A model generated the notes under the pieces. That model was not told the DNA's origin and searched no databases. It was given only the letters and a program-made list of their open reading frames with translations. From Clostridium merdae (GTDB lineage: Bacteria > Bacillota > Clostridia > Oscillospirales > Acutalibacteraceae), in assembly GCF_900176635.1 (NCBI RefSeq), contig NZ_FXLN01000003.1, forward strand, positions 545,374-609,373: 64,000 bases of DNA, written 5' to 3'. Positions 11,486 to 20,069 of this stretch are shown in pieces (position 1 is the first letter of the stretch; every line of letters begins with the position of its first letter). The translations under genes and the position numbers were made by a program.

Positions 11486-12007
11486 TTATGTCGTAAGGTA
11501 ATGTAAAAAGCAAAGCAGGAATGAGTGCTGCAACACCCACCCCCTGCTACGGAGACTACACCTCCATAACAACAGTTTTCACTGCGCTTTGCCACACAAT
11601 TATAACCCATTATTTCCCTTTTGTATAGAGGGGACAGAAATGGGGCCTTTGGAATTATGATTGCGAAGCTCGGCAATGTGAGGACTGAAACCGATATGCA
11701 ATGTATCGCTTGTTGTGGAGTACCCTTTTCAATGAGGGTTTCCGTGACAAGCGCTTTTTTATTGCCTTGCAGACAAAGGCAACGCGGAGCTGGGAATGGG
11801 TTGTTCATTTGGTGAAACGAAATCACCTAGATTAGATAGTGGGATAATTATTAAGTTCTATCGCAGTTTTTGAATCAGCAGATTTCCATTCCCCTGGAGA
11901 AAAGCAAAATTGCGAAAGAGTTCTCTTGAGCATATGGAGGATAGAACCCAGCTTCGCCGCGCTAATGTCTGTAAGCATGTAACGCCGCACCATCGCCCGT
12001 GCGGCTC

Positions 12008-12050
12008 ACGCCGTTCCTTGATTGGAACGGCGTTCTTTTTTGCTCTTTTT
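12008..12050 (+). terminator. Strong rho-independent terminator, about 520 nt downstream of the orphan promoter
   Basis: ACGCCGTTCC-ttgatt-GGAACGGCGT followed by TCTTTTTTGCTCTTTTTT. Confidence 0.8.
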
Positions 12051-12135
12051 TCATTGCTCTCGTCAACTAGTAGAAACATGCTCAGAAGCTAATTTCTTTT
12101 TTCATTTGTGAGCAGCAAATCAAAACGTAATTTGC

Positions 12136-12835
12136 AATCTGCAACGCGCAGGCTTGTTTCCTGTGCGGAAGATAGATGCAGAGCGGTAGCTCAGTCGGAT
12201 TCCAAAGGCAGAGCCTTTGGTCGTTGAGAGGGGATCCAAGGGTTAGAATCGATACTCTCCCCTTGAAAGGCCTTTGCCTACTTTCACCCTTTCGTGAAAG
12301 TAGGTGCCCGCCCCGGCATGAGGGGCAAAGCCCTGCGCCAGCAGAATTCCTGCGCCCGAGCGCAAAAACCTCTTTTATGAACAAATCAATATCTCCCTAA
12401 ATCAAAAGGATGAGTGAATATGGCACGAGGGGCAAAGCCTTGCGCAGCAAAAACTCTGCACCCAAACGCAAAACTCAAAAAAAGATTTATATAAAAATAT
12501 TATAGCGGCTAGTGCCACAAATAATTTCTTCTTTCTTTTCATTCGCCCCTCAAGCCGGGGCAGGCTCGCCTTTTCTCGATGAGGAGAAAAGGCGGAAAGA
12601 CTCACCAAAGGCTCTGCCTTTGGAATCCGTTTGGGAAACGACCCCAAACTAGAAAACAAAAGCTACTGTAAAGGCGCTCCATTAAAAATGCCCACTCTCC
12701 TAGCCATTATAAAAAATATGCAAAGTGATTCCGTCCGTCGACGGTCATTTTTAGAGCGCTCTCGTCCCCTCGCTGAAACAGGTTCGGTAGCTGATACTTC
12801 TTTTATTTAGAGCTGCAAAGCTGAACCTTCCGCAC
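12136..12835. repeat. Tandem repeat unit 1 (700 bp). It comprises hairpin-dense module A, two copies of the T motif, and the inverted module B.
   Basis: About 85% identical to unit 2 over its whole length. No ORF is conserved, because the copies differ by 1-2-nt indels. Confidence 0.85.
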
Positions 12836-13556
12836 AATCTGCAACGCGCAGGCTTGTTCCTGTGCGGAAAGAAGATGCAGAGCGGGAGCTCACCCGGATT
12901 CCAAAGGCAGAGCCTTTGGTCGTTGAGAGGGAATCCAAAGGGAGAGAATCGATACTCTCCCTTTGGAAGGCCTTTGCAACCTTTCACCCTTTCGTGAAAG
13001 GTTGTGCCCGCCCCGGCATGAGGGGCAAGCCCTGCGCCAGCAGAATTCCTGCGCCCGAGCGCAAAACTTCTTATATAACAATATCTTTATTAAAGCAAGA
13101 GAAAGCATAGCATGAGAGGCAAGCCCTGCGCCAGCAGAAACCCTTGCGCCCAAGCGCAACACTTCTTTTACTAGCCAAACAAAAATTTTCTCTAAACTAA
13201 ATAAAAAAGAGTCTAACAGATTTTAGAGCGGCTAGTGCCGCAGAAGATTTCTTCTTTCTTTCATTCGCCCCTCAAGCCGGGGCAGGCTCGCCTTTTCTCG
13301 ATGAGGAGAAAAGGCGGAAAGACTCACCAAAGGCTCTGCCTTTGGATTCCGTTTGGGAAACGACCCCAAACTAGAAAACAAAAGCTACTGTAAAGGCGCT
13401 CCATTAAAAATGCCCACTCTCCTAGCTTTCTAAAAAAACAACATTCAGATTTCATCCGTCGGCGGTCATTTTTAGAGCGCTCTCGTCCCCTCGCTGAAAC
13501 AGGTTCGGTAGCTGATACTTCTTTTATTTAGAGCTGCAAGGCTGAACATTACGCAC
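12836..13556. repeat. Tandem repeat unit 2 (721 bp)
   Basis: Direct repeat of unit 1. Module A is about 95% identical to unit 3, and module B about 97% identical to the module B of unit 1. Confidence 0.85.
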
Positions 13557-13762
13557 AATCTGCAACGCACAGGCTTGTTCCTGTGCGGAAAACAGATGCA
13601 GAGCGGGGGCTCACCCGGATTCCAAAGGCAGAGCCTTTGGTCGTTGAGAGGGAATCCAAAGGGAGAGAATCGACACTCTCCCTTTGGAAGGCCTTTGCAA
13701 CCTTTCACCCTTTCGTGAAAGGTTGTGCCCGCCCCGGCATGAGGGGCAAGCCCTGCGCCAGC
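13557..13762. repeat. Tandem repeat unit 3. Truncated, module A only. It ends inside the T motif.
   Basis: aatctgcaacgcacaggcttgttcctgtgcgg...ggcatgaggggcaagccctgcgccagc, then unrelated sequence. Confidence 0.8.
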
Positions 13763-13791
13763 GTAATACCTCACTACAGAACGCATATTAA

Positions 13792-13838
13792 GAATAAAAA
13801 ATGAGAAGAGTCACAGAATCTTCTGCCTCTTCTCATTA
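13792..13838 (-). terminator. Rho-independent terminator of the asnB operon
   Basis: On the minus strand this reads ATGAGAAGAG...CTCTTCTCAT followed by TTTTTTATT. Confidence 0.75.
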
Positions 13839-13846
13839 TAAAACAA

Positions 13847-15715
13847 CTATTTAAAATTCGGCATGTCGCCTTCCTCGTGCTCCGCTCCCTCAAAATAAAC
13901 CTGATACCACAGCAGGAACACAAACACCGTCCATATGCGGCGGCTGTAATCACGGCGGCCTTTAAAGTGGTCTTCCAAGTACCGCAAAAGCTCCTCTGTA
14001 TGGAAGAACTGCTTTGCCAAATCGGAAGAAAACGCGTCTTTTACCACTTGGTAATACCGTTCATCTCTTAGCCACACACGAGTAGGAACCGGGAAGCCCA
14101 GCTTTTCTTTCTTCGCTGTACGAGCCGGAAGATGACGAAGTGCAGCCTGGCGCATCGCATATTTCGTGGTGTCATTTTTCAGGCGTAAACGCTTCGGAAT
14201 AGACGATGCTACACGGAACACCTCTTTATCCAAAAACGGAACACGCAGCTCAAGCGAGTTAGCCATACTCATGCGGTCTGCCTTAAGCAGAATATCTCCT
14301 ACCATCCAAAGATTCATGTCGAGATATTGCATGCGGGTCACATCATCCAAATCCTTTACGCGGTCGTAATACGGCTTTGTAAGGGTTTGGGGCTTTGTCG
14401 CAATCGAGGGGTCTTTGAGCAAACGCTTTTTATCCTCATACCCGAACATTTTGGCATTGCCAATAAAGCTTTGGTTTGTAGGCAATTCACCACGTGTAAT
14501 AAAGCCTTGTCCCACAAAATGCCACGGCACCTTTTGCACAACACGGCGCAAAAATGTGCGAAGCCATTGTGGCAGCTTATGGTATTTCTCAAAAACATCC
14601 GGTTCATTGTAAACGGTGTAGCCACCAAAGAGCTCATCCGCTCCCTCGCCGGACAATACAACCTTTACATACTCACTCGCAAGCTTTGATACAAAAAACA
14701 GTGCAATGCAGGAGGGGTCCGCTAGAGGCTGATCCATATGGTACTGCACTTTTTTAATATTGCCCCAGAATTCTTCAGAGGTAATTAGCTTCTTATGGTG
14801 CTCAACGCCAATCTCTTTTGAAAGAGTTTCCGCAAAATCAATCTCATTGTACTTTTCGCCAAAATCAAACCCTACGGTAAAGGTTTTCTGCCCCGGGAAA
14901 TACGTTGCCACGTAGCTGGAATCCACACCGCTAGACAGGAAGCAGCCTACCTCAACGTCGCTAATCTTATGGCATTCTACGGATTCCTCAAACACCTTCT
15001 CAATGCGGTCAATTGCTTCCTCTTCCGAGAGGGATTCATCCGGCTCAAAGCGCGGCTCCCAATAGCGGGTGGTCGTTACCTTACCGTCACGGTACCACAG
15101 GTAATGGGCGGGCAAAAGGCAAAACACGCCTTCAAAAAAGGTTTTCGGCGGCACGGCATATTGAAATGAGAGGTAATTGTTCAGCGTATCGTAATCTAGG
15201 CGCTTTTCAAACCCCGGGAACTCTAAAATGCTTTTAATCTCCGAGCCATACACAAAATGGTCGTTTACCGTTGTGTAATGCAGCGGCTTAATGCCAAAAA
15301 AATCTCTCGCAATAAACAGAGACTTATCTTTGGTGTTCCAGATTGCAAACGTGAACATTCCGCGCAGGCGGTTCAGCAACCCCTCCTGCCACTCTTCAAA
15401 GCCGTGAATCAACACTTCTGAATCTGTGTGTGTCGTAAACACATGGCCTTTTTCAATCAGCTCATCACGCAGCTTCTGGTAGTTGTAAATTTCACCGTTA
15501 AAGGTAAGCACCAGCGTTTTATCTTCGTTAAAAATCGGCTGGTCGCCCGTAGAAGACACATCGATAATACTCAGGCGGCGGAATCCCATTGAGATATCCT
15601 CCGTTTGAAAGGAGCCACTGCTGTCTGGCCCGCGGTGTGTAATCTTGTCGGTCATGCTTTTGAGCACGGCCTCTCTATCTATAATTTCGCCTGTAAATCC
15701 GCATACTCCACACAT
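13847..15715 (-). CDS. asnB: Asparagine synthetase (glutamine-hydrolysing)
   Basis: MCGVCG N-terminal nucleophile glutaminase domain. SGGVDSS-like PP-loop synthetase domain. Full length 622 aa. Confidence 0.95.
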   Translation of the reverse strand: MCGVCGFTGEIIDREAVLKSMTDKITHRGPDSSGSFQTEDISMGFRRLSIIDVSSTGDQPIFNEDKTLVLTFNGEIYNYQKLRDELIEKGHVFTTHTDSEVLIHGFEEWQEGLLNRLRGMFTFAIWNTKDKSLFIARDFFGIKPLHYTTVNDHFVYGSEIKSILEFPGFEKRLDYDTLNNYLSFQYAVPPKTFFEGVFCLLPAHYLWYRDGKVTTTRYWEPRFEPDESLSEEEAIDRIEKVFEESVECHKISDVEVGCFLSSGVDSSYVATYFPGQKTFTVGFDFGEKYNEIDFAETLSKEIGVEHHKKLITSEEFWGNIKKVQYHMDQPLADPSCIALFFVSKLASEYVKVVLSGEGADELFGGYTVYNEPDVFEKYHKLPQWLRTFLRRVVQKVPWHFVGQGFITRGELPTNQSFIGNAKMFGYEDKKRLLKDPSIATKPQTLTKPYYDRVKDLDDVTRMQYLDMNLWMVGDILLKADRMSMANSLELRVPFLDKEVFRVASSIPKRLRLKNDTTKYAMRQAALRHLPARTAKKEKLGFPVPTRVWLRDERYYQVVKDAFSSDLAKQFFHTEELLRYLEDHFKGRRDYSRRIWTVFVFLLWYQVYFEGAEHEEGDMPNFK

Positions 15716-15742
15716 AACCTAATCCTTGAGTCCCTTCTCCGG

Positions 15743-16375
15743 TTATTGCTCCAGCAGCGTTCTGGCAAGTGCCAAATCCACCAACTGAAAGCCTGATTCC
15801 TGAAAATCTACCCGCTCTGCAGCGCGAAGCGATTTTTCATATACTTCTAGCCGAACCCCTTGGTATACCGGCTTCTCTTCGCCCCGAAGGAACATAGAAA
15901 AACCCAAGTAGTCCAGCTCTTCACTCATCGTTAAAAAAAATGTACGATCCACCCGTGTTTGCTGCTTGCTCTCTGTCAGCTCCTGTAAAGCGAGCTTCAC
16001 CATCTCTAGAGCCACATCATTGAGTCCGCTTTCAAAAATCATTACCTTTTCTTTCAGCTCAGCAGGGGAAAGCACCAATCTTTTTTTCAATCCCGCTAAT
16101 CCCGGGTGTCGTTGTTCCGCCTCAATTACCTGCTGGGTACGCCCCGAAGGTGATAAACAGATTAATAGCCCGCGCTCTTTATCGTGGTACAGGCATGGGT
16201 AAACCATCTGCGCCTGATAGTTACAGTCGGGGCATTCCCAGAAGAACAGAGTTTCATCCAACATGCGCTCCCGCTGTTCCGGGTCGGCAGAAGCGTCAAT
16301 CTCAATCCACATATGGCTTTTGTTTACCGCCCCGCAACCGGGGCAGCTCAGCTCTTTGGTAATGCAGGCTGCCAT
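15743..16375 (-). CDS. CpXC-domain protein
   Basis: CPGCG...CPDC motif pair and about 200 aa. Confidence 0.65.
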   Translation of the reverse strand: MAACITKELSCPGCGAVNKSHMWIEIDASADPEQRERMLDETLFFWECPDCNYQAQMVYPCLYHDKERGLLICLSPSGRTQQVIEAEQRHPGLAGLKKRLVLSPAELKEKVMIFESGLNDVALEMVKLALQELTESKQQTRVDRTFFLTMSEELDYLGFSMFLRGEEKPVYQGVRLEVYEKSLRAAERVDFQESGFQLVDLALARTLLEQ

Positions 16376-16422
16376 TCTAACACCCCATTGCTTCTTATTC
16401 TAAAAGTTTGTACCAATTTTTC

Positions 16423-17493
16423 TTACTTTAATATGGTTCCGCCGCCAACCACCAAATTTTCTTGGTAAAATACCACCGCTTGTCCCGGTGTGACCGCACG
16501 CTGCGGTTCATCAAAAATCACGCGAACCTGTCCCTCGGCATCAGGCACCACCCGTGCCTGCGCCGGCATTGCTTGGTAGCGTACCTTTGCCTGCACCAAC
16601 AGCTCGGTAGGCGGCTCATCAAACGCAATCCAATTCAGGTCGCCAGCCACCAGCTCTTTTGCGTACTGGCTGCCCTCTGGCCCAAGAATAATTCGGTTAT
16701 ATTCAGCATCAATTGCTGTCACATACATTGGCTGGGGGAAGCTAATACCAAGTCCCTTTCGCTGGCCCACGGTATAATGGGTAATTCCCTTATGCCGCCC
16801 TAGCACATTGCCCTGCGCATCTACAAAATCGCCCTCCGGCAGCTCTTTCCCAGTGTAGCGGCGAATAAACCCGGCATAATCTTTGTCTTCCACAAAACAA
16901 ATTTCTTGGCTATCTGGCTTTTTCGCTACCGGCAGCTCTGCCTCCTGCGCCAAACGGCGCACCTCCGGCTTCTCCAGTTCACCAATGGGGAAAAGCGTGT
17001 GTGCAAGCTGTTCCTGCGTTAAGGAATACAGTGCATAGCTTTGGTCTTTCCCCGCAGGGGAACGGTACAAAAGCCACCGCCCTGCCTCATTTTGCCGCAC
17101 AATGGCATAATGCCCAGTGGCAACGGCATCAAAACCAAGCTGTTTGGCACGGCGCAGCATTTCTTCAAATTTTAAATACCGGTTGCAGTTAATGCAGGGG
17201 TTTGGTGTACGCCCGGCCTGGTATTCCTTTGCAAATGGGTCAATAACATCGCGCTCAAACTCCTGCGTAAAATTCATGACCAAATGCTCAATCCCTAGCC
17301 GGTAGCAAACACGCCGCGCGTCATCTATGTCATCTAAAGAACAGCAGCCACCGTTCTGGCTGCTGCACATGTACTCATCTGGGCGAAGGCGCATGGTCAT
17401 TCCCGTCACTTCATAGCCCTGCTTCTGCAGCAAAAGAGCAGCGACAGAGCTATCCACCCCGCCGCTCATTCCCAGCAGTATTTTTTTGCTCAT
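16423..17493 (-). CDS. mnmA: tRNA-specific 2-thiouridylase MnmA
   Basis: MSGGVDSSVAA PP-loop and full-length similarity. Confidence 0.95.
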   Translation of the reverse strand: MSKKILLGMSGGVDSSVAALLLQKQGYEVTGMTMRLRPDEYMCSSQNGGCCSLDDIDDARRVCYRLGIEHLVMNFTQEFERDVIDPFAKEYQAGRTPNPCINCNRYLKFEEMLRRAKQLGFDAVATGHYAIVRQNEAGRWLLYRSPAGKDQSYALYSLTQEQLAHTLFPIGELEKPEVRRLAQEAELPVAKKPDSQEICFVEDKDYAGFIRRYTGKELPEGDFVDAQGNVLGRHKGITHYTVGQRKGLGISFPQPMYVTAIDAEYNRIILGPEGSQYAKELVAGDLNWIAFDEPPTELLVQAKVRYQAMPAQARVVPDAEGQVRVIFDEPQRAVTPGQAVVFYQENLVVGGGTILK

Positions 17494-18005
17494 TCTTTCT
17501 TTTCTCCGTCCTGTTCGCTGAGCTCCAGCTTGCCGTCACTTGTTAGGCGGAACGCTTTTCGCTCCGCCTTCACATCATAAATCAATTCTCGTGTTGCCTG
17601 CAAATCCAAAACCTGCGGGCAAACAGCCCCTGCCTGCTCAAGCTCTGTGCGCAACAGGTTGGCTGCCTCTCCGGCACCGCCGGCGTGGGTAATAAACCCA
17701 TACACCGTTTTGCCGCTCAAATCGTATTCCCGAATAAAGTCGTTTACGGCAGGCGTAACATTACCCGCCCAAACTGGGGAAGCTACAACCAGAGTATCGT
17801 ACTCTGAAATATCGGTATCAACAGGCAATATGTCGCCGCTCTTGCGCCGAATTGCGTCATACACGCCAAGCGTATATGCACCAATTAGGCCACGGCGGGC
17901 AATTTCCTTTAATTCCACAAAATCGGCGTCCAGCGATTTTGCCATACAGCCGCACAGCTTTTTTGTTTTCCCCGTTTGAGAAAAACAGACGATTAAAGGT
18001 TTCAT
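17490..18005 (-). CDS. Flavodoxin-family protein
   Basis: CFSQTGKTKK flavodoxin-like N-terminus. ATGA overlap with mnmA. Confidence 0.7.
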   Translation of the reverse strand: MKPLIVCFSQTGKTKKLCGCMAKSLDADFVELKEIARRGLIGAYTLGVYDAIRRKSGDILPVDTDISEYDTLVVASPVWAGNVTPAVNDFIREYDLSGKTVYGFITHAGGAGEAANLLRTELEQAGAVCPQVLDLQATRELIYDVKAERKAFRLTSDGKLELSEQDGEKKE

Positions 18006-18017
18006 GCCGGCACTCCC

Positions 18018-18548
18018 TTACTCTTCGCTGGGAGGAATCACACTGCCGTCTATATCGTCGGCGGCTTCACCAGTGGTTTGGGATTCTGTTACACGAAACT
18101 CATCATCGTATTCTGAGGCCGCGTGGGAATGGCTTCTTCCAACCCCATCAACTCGGTGCAGTTCACGTTCATCCTCATACAGGTCGTCATCGTAGCTGTC
18201 AAACTCCACATCGCGAGCCTGGCAAGCATAGCAATCCTCATAATCCTCGTACTCGTTGTAGTCGTCCTCTTCCTCGTCGGTAAGTTCCTCCAAACGAGTC
18301 AAAGCACGGTCCAACCGGCGGCGAGAATTTTCAAGTGACAAACAGTGGCGCTCTGTCTCTTCCAAGTCTTTGTCGCGCAGATTATTAAAATAGTATTTAC
18401 CCAAAGCAATATACGCACGGTCAATGTTCTTTTCCTCACTGCGAACTACGGCCTTGATACGGTTAATCAGCGCACTCTTTCGGTTGGCTTCCACTACAAA
18501 ATCAATCGCTTTTGTCACACTGGATGCGACGGAAGATAAAATTTTCAT
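18018..18548 (-). CDS. Hypothetical protein with an extremely acidic Asp/Glu/Tyr-rich C-terminal tail
   Basis: Start re-placed at MKILSS, which follows an AAAGGAGAAG RBS. Tail: DEEEDDYNEYEDYEDCYACQARDVEFDSYDDDLYEDE. Confidence 0.5.
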   Translation of the reverse strand: MKILSSVASSVTKAIDFVVEANRKSALINRIKAVVRSEEKNIDRAYIALGKYYFNNLRDKDLEETERHCLSLENSRRRLDRALTRLEELTDEEEDDYNEYEDYEDCYACQARDVEFDSYDDDLYEDERELHRVDGVGRSHSHAASEYDDEFRVTESQTTGEAADDIDGSVIPPSEE

Positions 18549-18696
18549 AGCTTCTCCTTTATCCGCTGCACCGTTTCGTTTGAATTGCCGGGAGTCCGGC
18601 CGAAACGGCAAATTTTTTCAATTGCTGCACTTATTATATCGCAAAAGGTCATGGAATAACAGAAAAATTTTGTGAATTTATTTTTTCAGAAGTATT

Positions 18697-19161
18697 TTAA
18701 GAGACCAATGCTTGGCTTTTCTCCATACAAAGGGTAACCACTCGCTCCGGAATACCCGAAAGCTGCGAAACACACTCTACTGTAAGGGGATGATACCACT
18801 CTCGCCAGTCTGGTAGTCTATCTCGCAACAAGAGGCATGCCGCGAAATAATCTGCCTGATTTTCAATTCTGGGAATACAAAAATTCGTAGTCTCACTTAG
18901 CTCAATCGCATTCGTTTTCCCGTGCAAAAGAACATGCCCCAGCTCGTGTGCGCAAATATAATCGTGCAGCTTGGGGGAAACGGCTAAATTAAGCACAATC
19001 GTAAAACGCTGCTGAAAACACAGGCAAAAGCCATTTACGCACTGGGGAAGCTCTTGCCACAGCACGGGGATGCCCAGGAGGTCGCACAGCTCAAACACGT
19101 CGCTGTTGCCATAGCGCAGCCGCAGTGAGCGAACCACCTGTTCAATCCTTTGATTCGTCAT
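18697..19161 (-). CDS. ImmA/IrrE-family metallopeptidase
   Basis: HELGHVLLH motif. Start placed at MTNQRIEQ, after a GGAGGAGGGAGAA RBS. Overlaps the upstream XRE gene by 20 nt. Confidence 0.75.
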   Translation of the reverse strand: MTNQRIEQVVRSLRLRYGNSDVFELCDLLGIPVLWQELPQCVNGFCLCFQQRFTIVLNLAVSPKLHDYICAHELGHVLLHGKTNAIELSETTNFCIPRIENQADYFAACLLLRDRLPDWREWYHPLTVECVSQLSGIPERVVTLCMEKSQALVS

Positions 19162-19543
19162 TTTCTCCCTCCTCCGGAATGGCAATTGCAGCCGCCACTC
19201 GGATTGCATTCACAATTTTTTCTCGGTCTGCCTCGGAAAGCGGTGTACCATTAAACATCAGCCCCTGCTGATTTTTTAGAATGTTGGTAAAGCGGTCTAT
19301 TACAGAGTTCACCTCTTGCTCCTGCCCCGCCTGCGGCTCCTGCCGAAAACCCAAAAGAGTGTCGGTACTCACATGGAACATGCGTGCTAAGCGCGCTAGT
19401 AATTCGCTGTCCGGCTCACGCCGACCCTGCTCGTACATGCCCACAGCAGAAGCAGAAATGCCCAAGCGGGTTGCCAGCTGTGCTTGTGTAAGCCCATATT
19501 CTGTTCGCAATCGTTTCAATTCAGCCGAAAACATAACGCTCAC
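19142..19543 (-). CDS. XRE-family HTH transcriptional regulator, partner of the ImmA-like protein
   Basis: LKRLRTEYGLTQAQLATRLGISASAVGMYEQG HTH_3 motif. Confidence 0.85.
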   Translation of the reverse strand: MSVMFSAELKRLRTEYGLTQAQLATRLGISASAVGMYEQGRREPDSELLARLARMFHVSTDTLLGFRQEPQAGQEQEVNSVIDRFTNILKNQQGLMFNGTPLSEADREKIVNAIRVAAAIAIPEEGENDESKD

Positions 19544-19856
19544 CCATTCAAACCACTCCTACGAAGCCACCACAATCATACTTTCAATAATATGTACTTT
19601 TTCGGAGTTTTAATTGATGCTATTGTATCACACATTTCGTGTTTTATCAATCGATTTTAAAATTTATAACGCCTTCTTCACGGCATTGTCCCAACTATCA
19701 CCCTGTGACATAATTATCGAACATTTGTTTAATAATTTGGTTGAATCACGGGTATGGCTATGTTATGATGTATTTGACAAGCCCCGGTAATTCATTCCAC
19801 TCTGCCGTGCTTTGTCATTCAATCTACACGTTACGTGTATTTAAAGGAGAAATGAC

Positions 19857-20069
19857 ATGGATTATATGAGTTGGGGAGAAGAATATCTTACGGAAGCGAA
19901 AGAGCTAAAAAACAGAGTTGATTTTTTGCGTAATCAACGAAAAGAAGCCACGGCAAATGAAGCAAAAGATATGGATTTAAGAATCGCCATAATTTATTCT
20001 ATGTATTTGGATTGCCGAGAAACCGGGAAACTGTTACAAAGCTACGCGAAAAGAGGTGGAAAGCTTTGA
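19857..20069 (+). CDS. Small hypothetical protein, possibly the N-terminal partner of a split phage-type regulator
   Basis: 70 aa. Its stop overlaps (TTGA) the start of the next gene. Confidence 0.35.
   Translation: MDYMSWGEEYLTEAKELKNRVDFLRNQRKEATANEAKDMDLRIAIIYSMYLDCRETGKLLQSYAKRGGKL

Noticed and set aside
11520-11630. 35-aa Cys-containing peptide (MSAATPTPCYGDY...) as a RiPP precursor
   Set aside because: No modification enzymes or transporter are adjacent. The AGGA abuts the ATG with no spacer. It is mentioned only as a possibility within the ORF-less transcript.
12183-12260. tRNA or tRNA-derived element, suggested by GTAGCTCAGTCGG in repeat unit 1, which looks like a tRNA D-arm
   Set aside because: No acceptor, anticodon or T-arm can be drawn. 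The motif is replaced by gggagctcacccgg in units 2 and 3, so the resemblance is coincidental.
12082-13786. ORF-track proteins inside the repeat array. Examples: 12082..12384, 12751..12987, 13472..13786, 12890..13162 and 12862..13110.
   Set aside because: They start at non-ATG codons and lack RBSs. They have low-complexity, hairpin-derived composition. They are not preserved between repeat copies because of 1-2-nt indels.
12030-13795. CRISPR array
   Set aside because: The repeat period is 700-721 bp. The short-scale content is a set of different hairpins, not one 25-40-bp repeat alternating with unique spacers. No cas genes are in the window.
15716-15742. T-box leader upstream of asnB
   Set aside because: asnB starts only 27 nt after the preceding CpXC gene in the same operon. 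There is no room for a leader and no T-box sequence.
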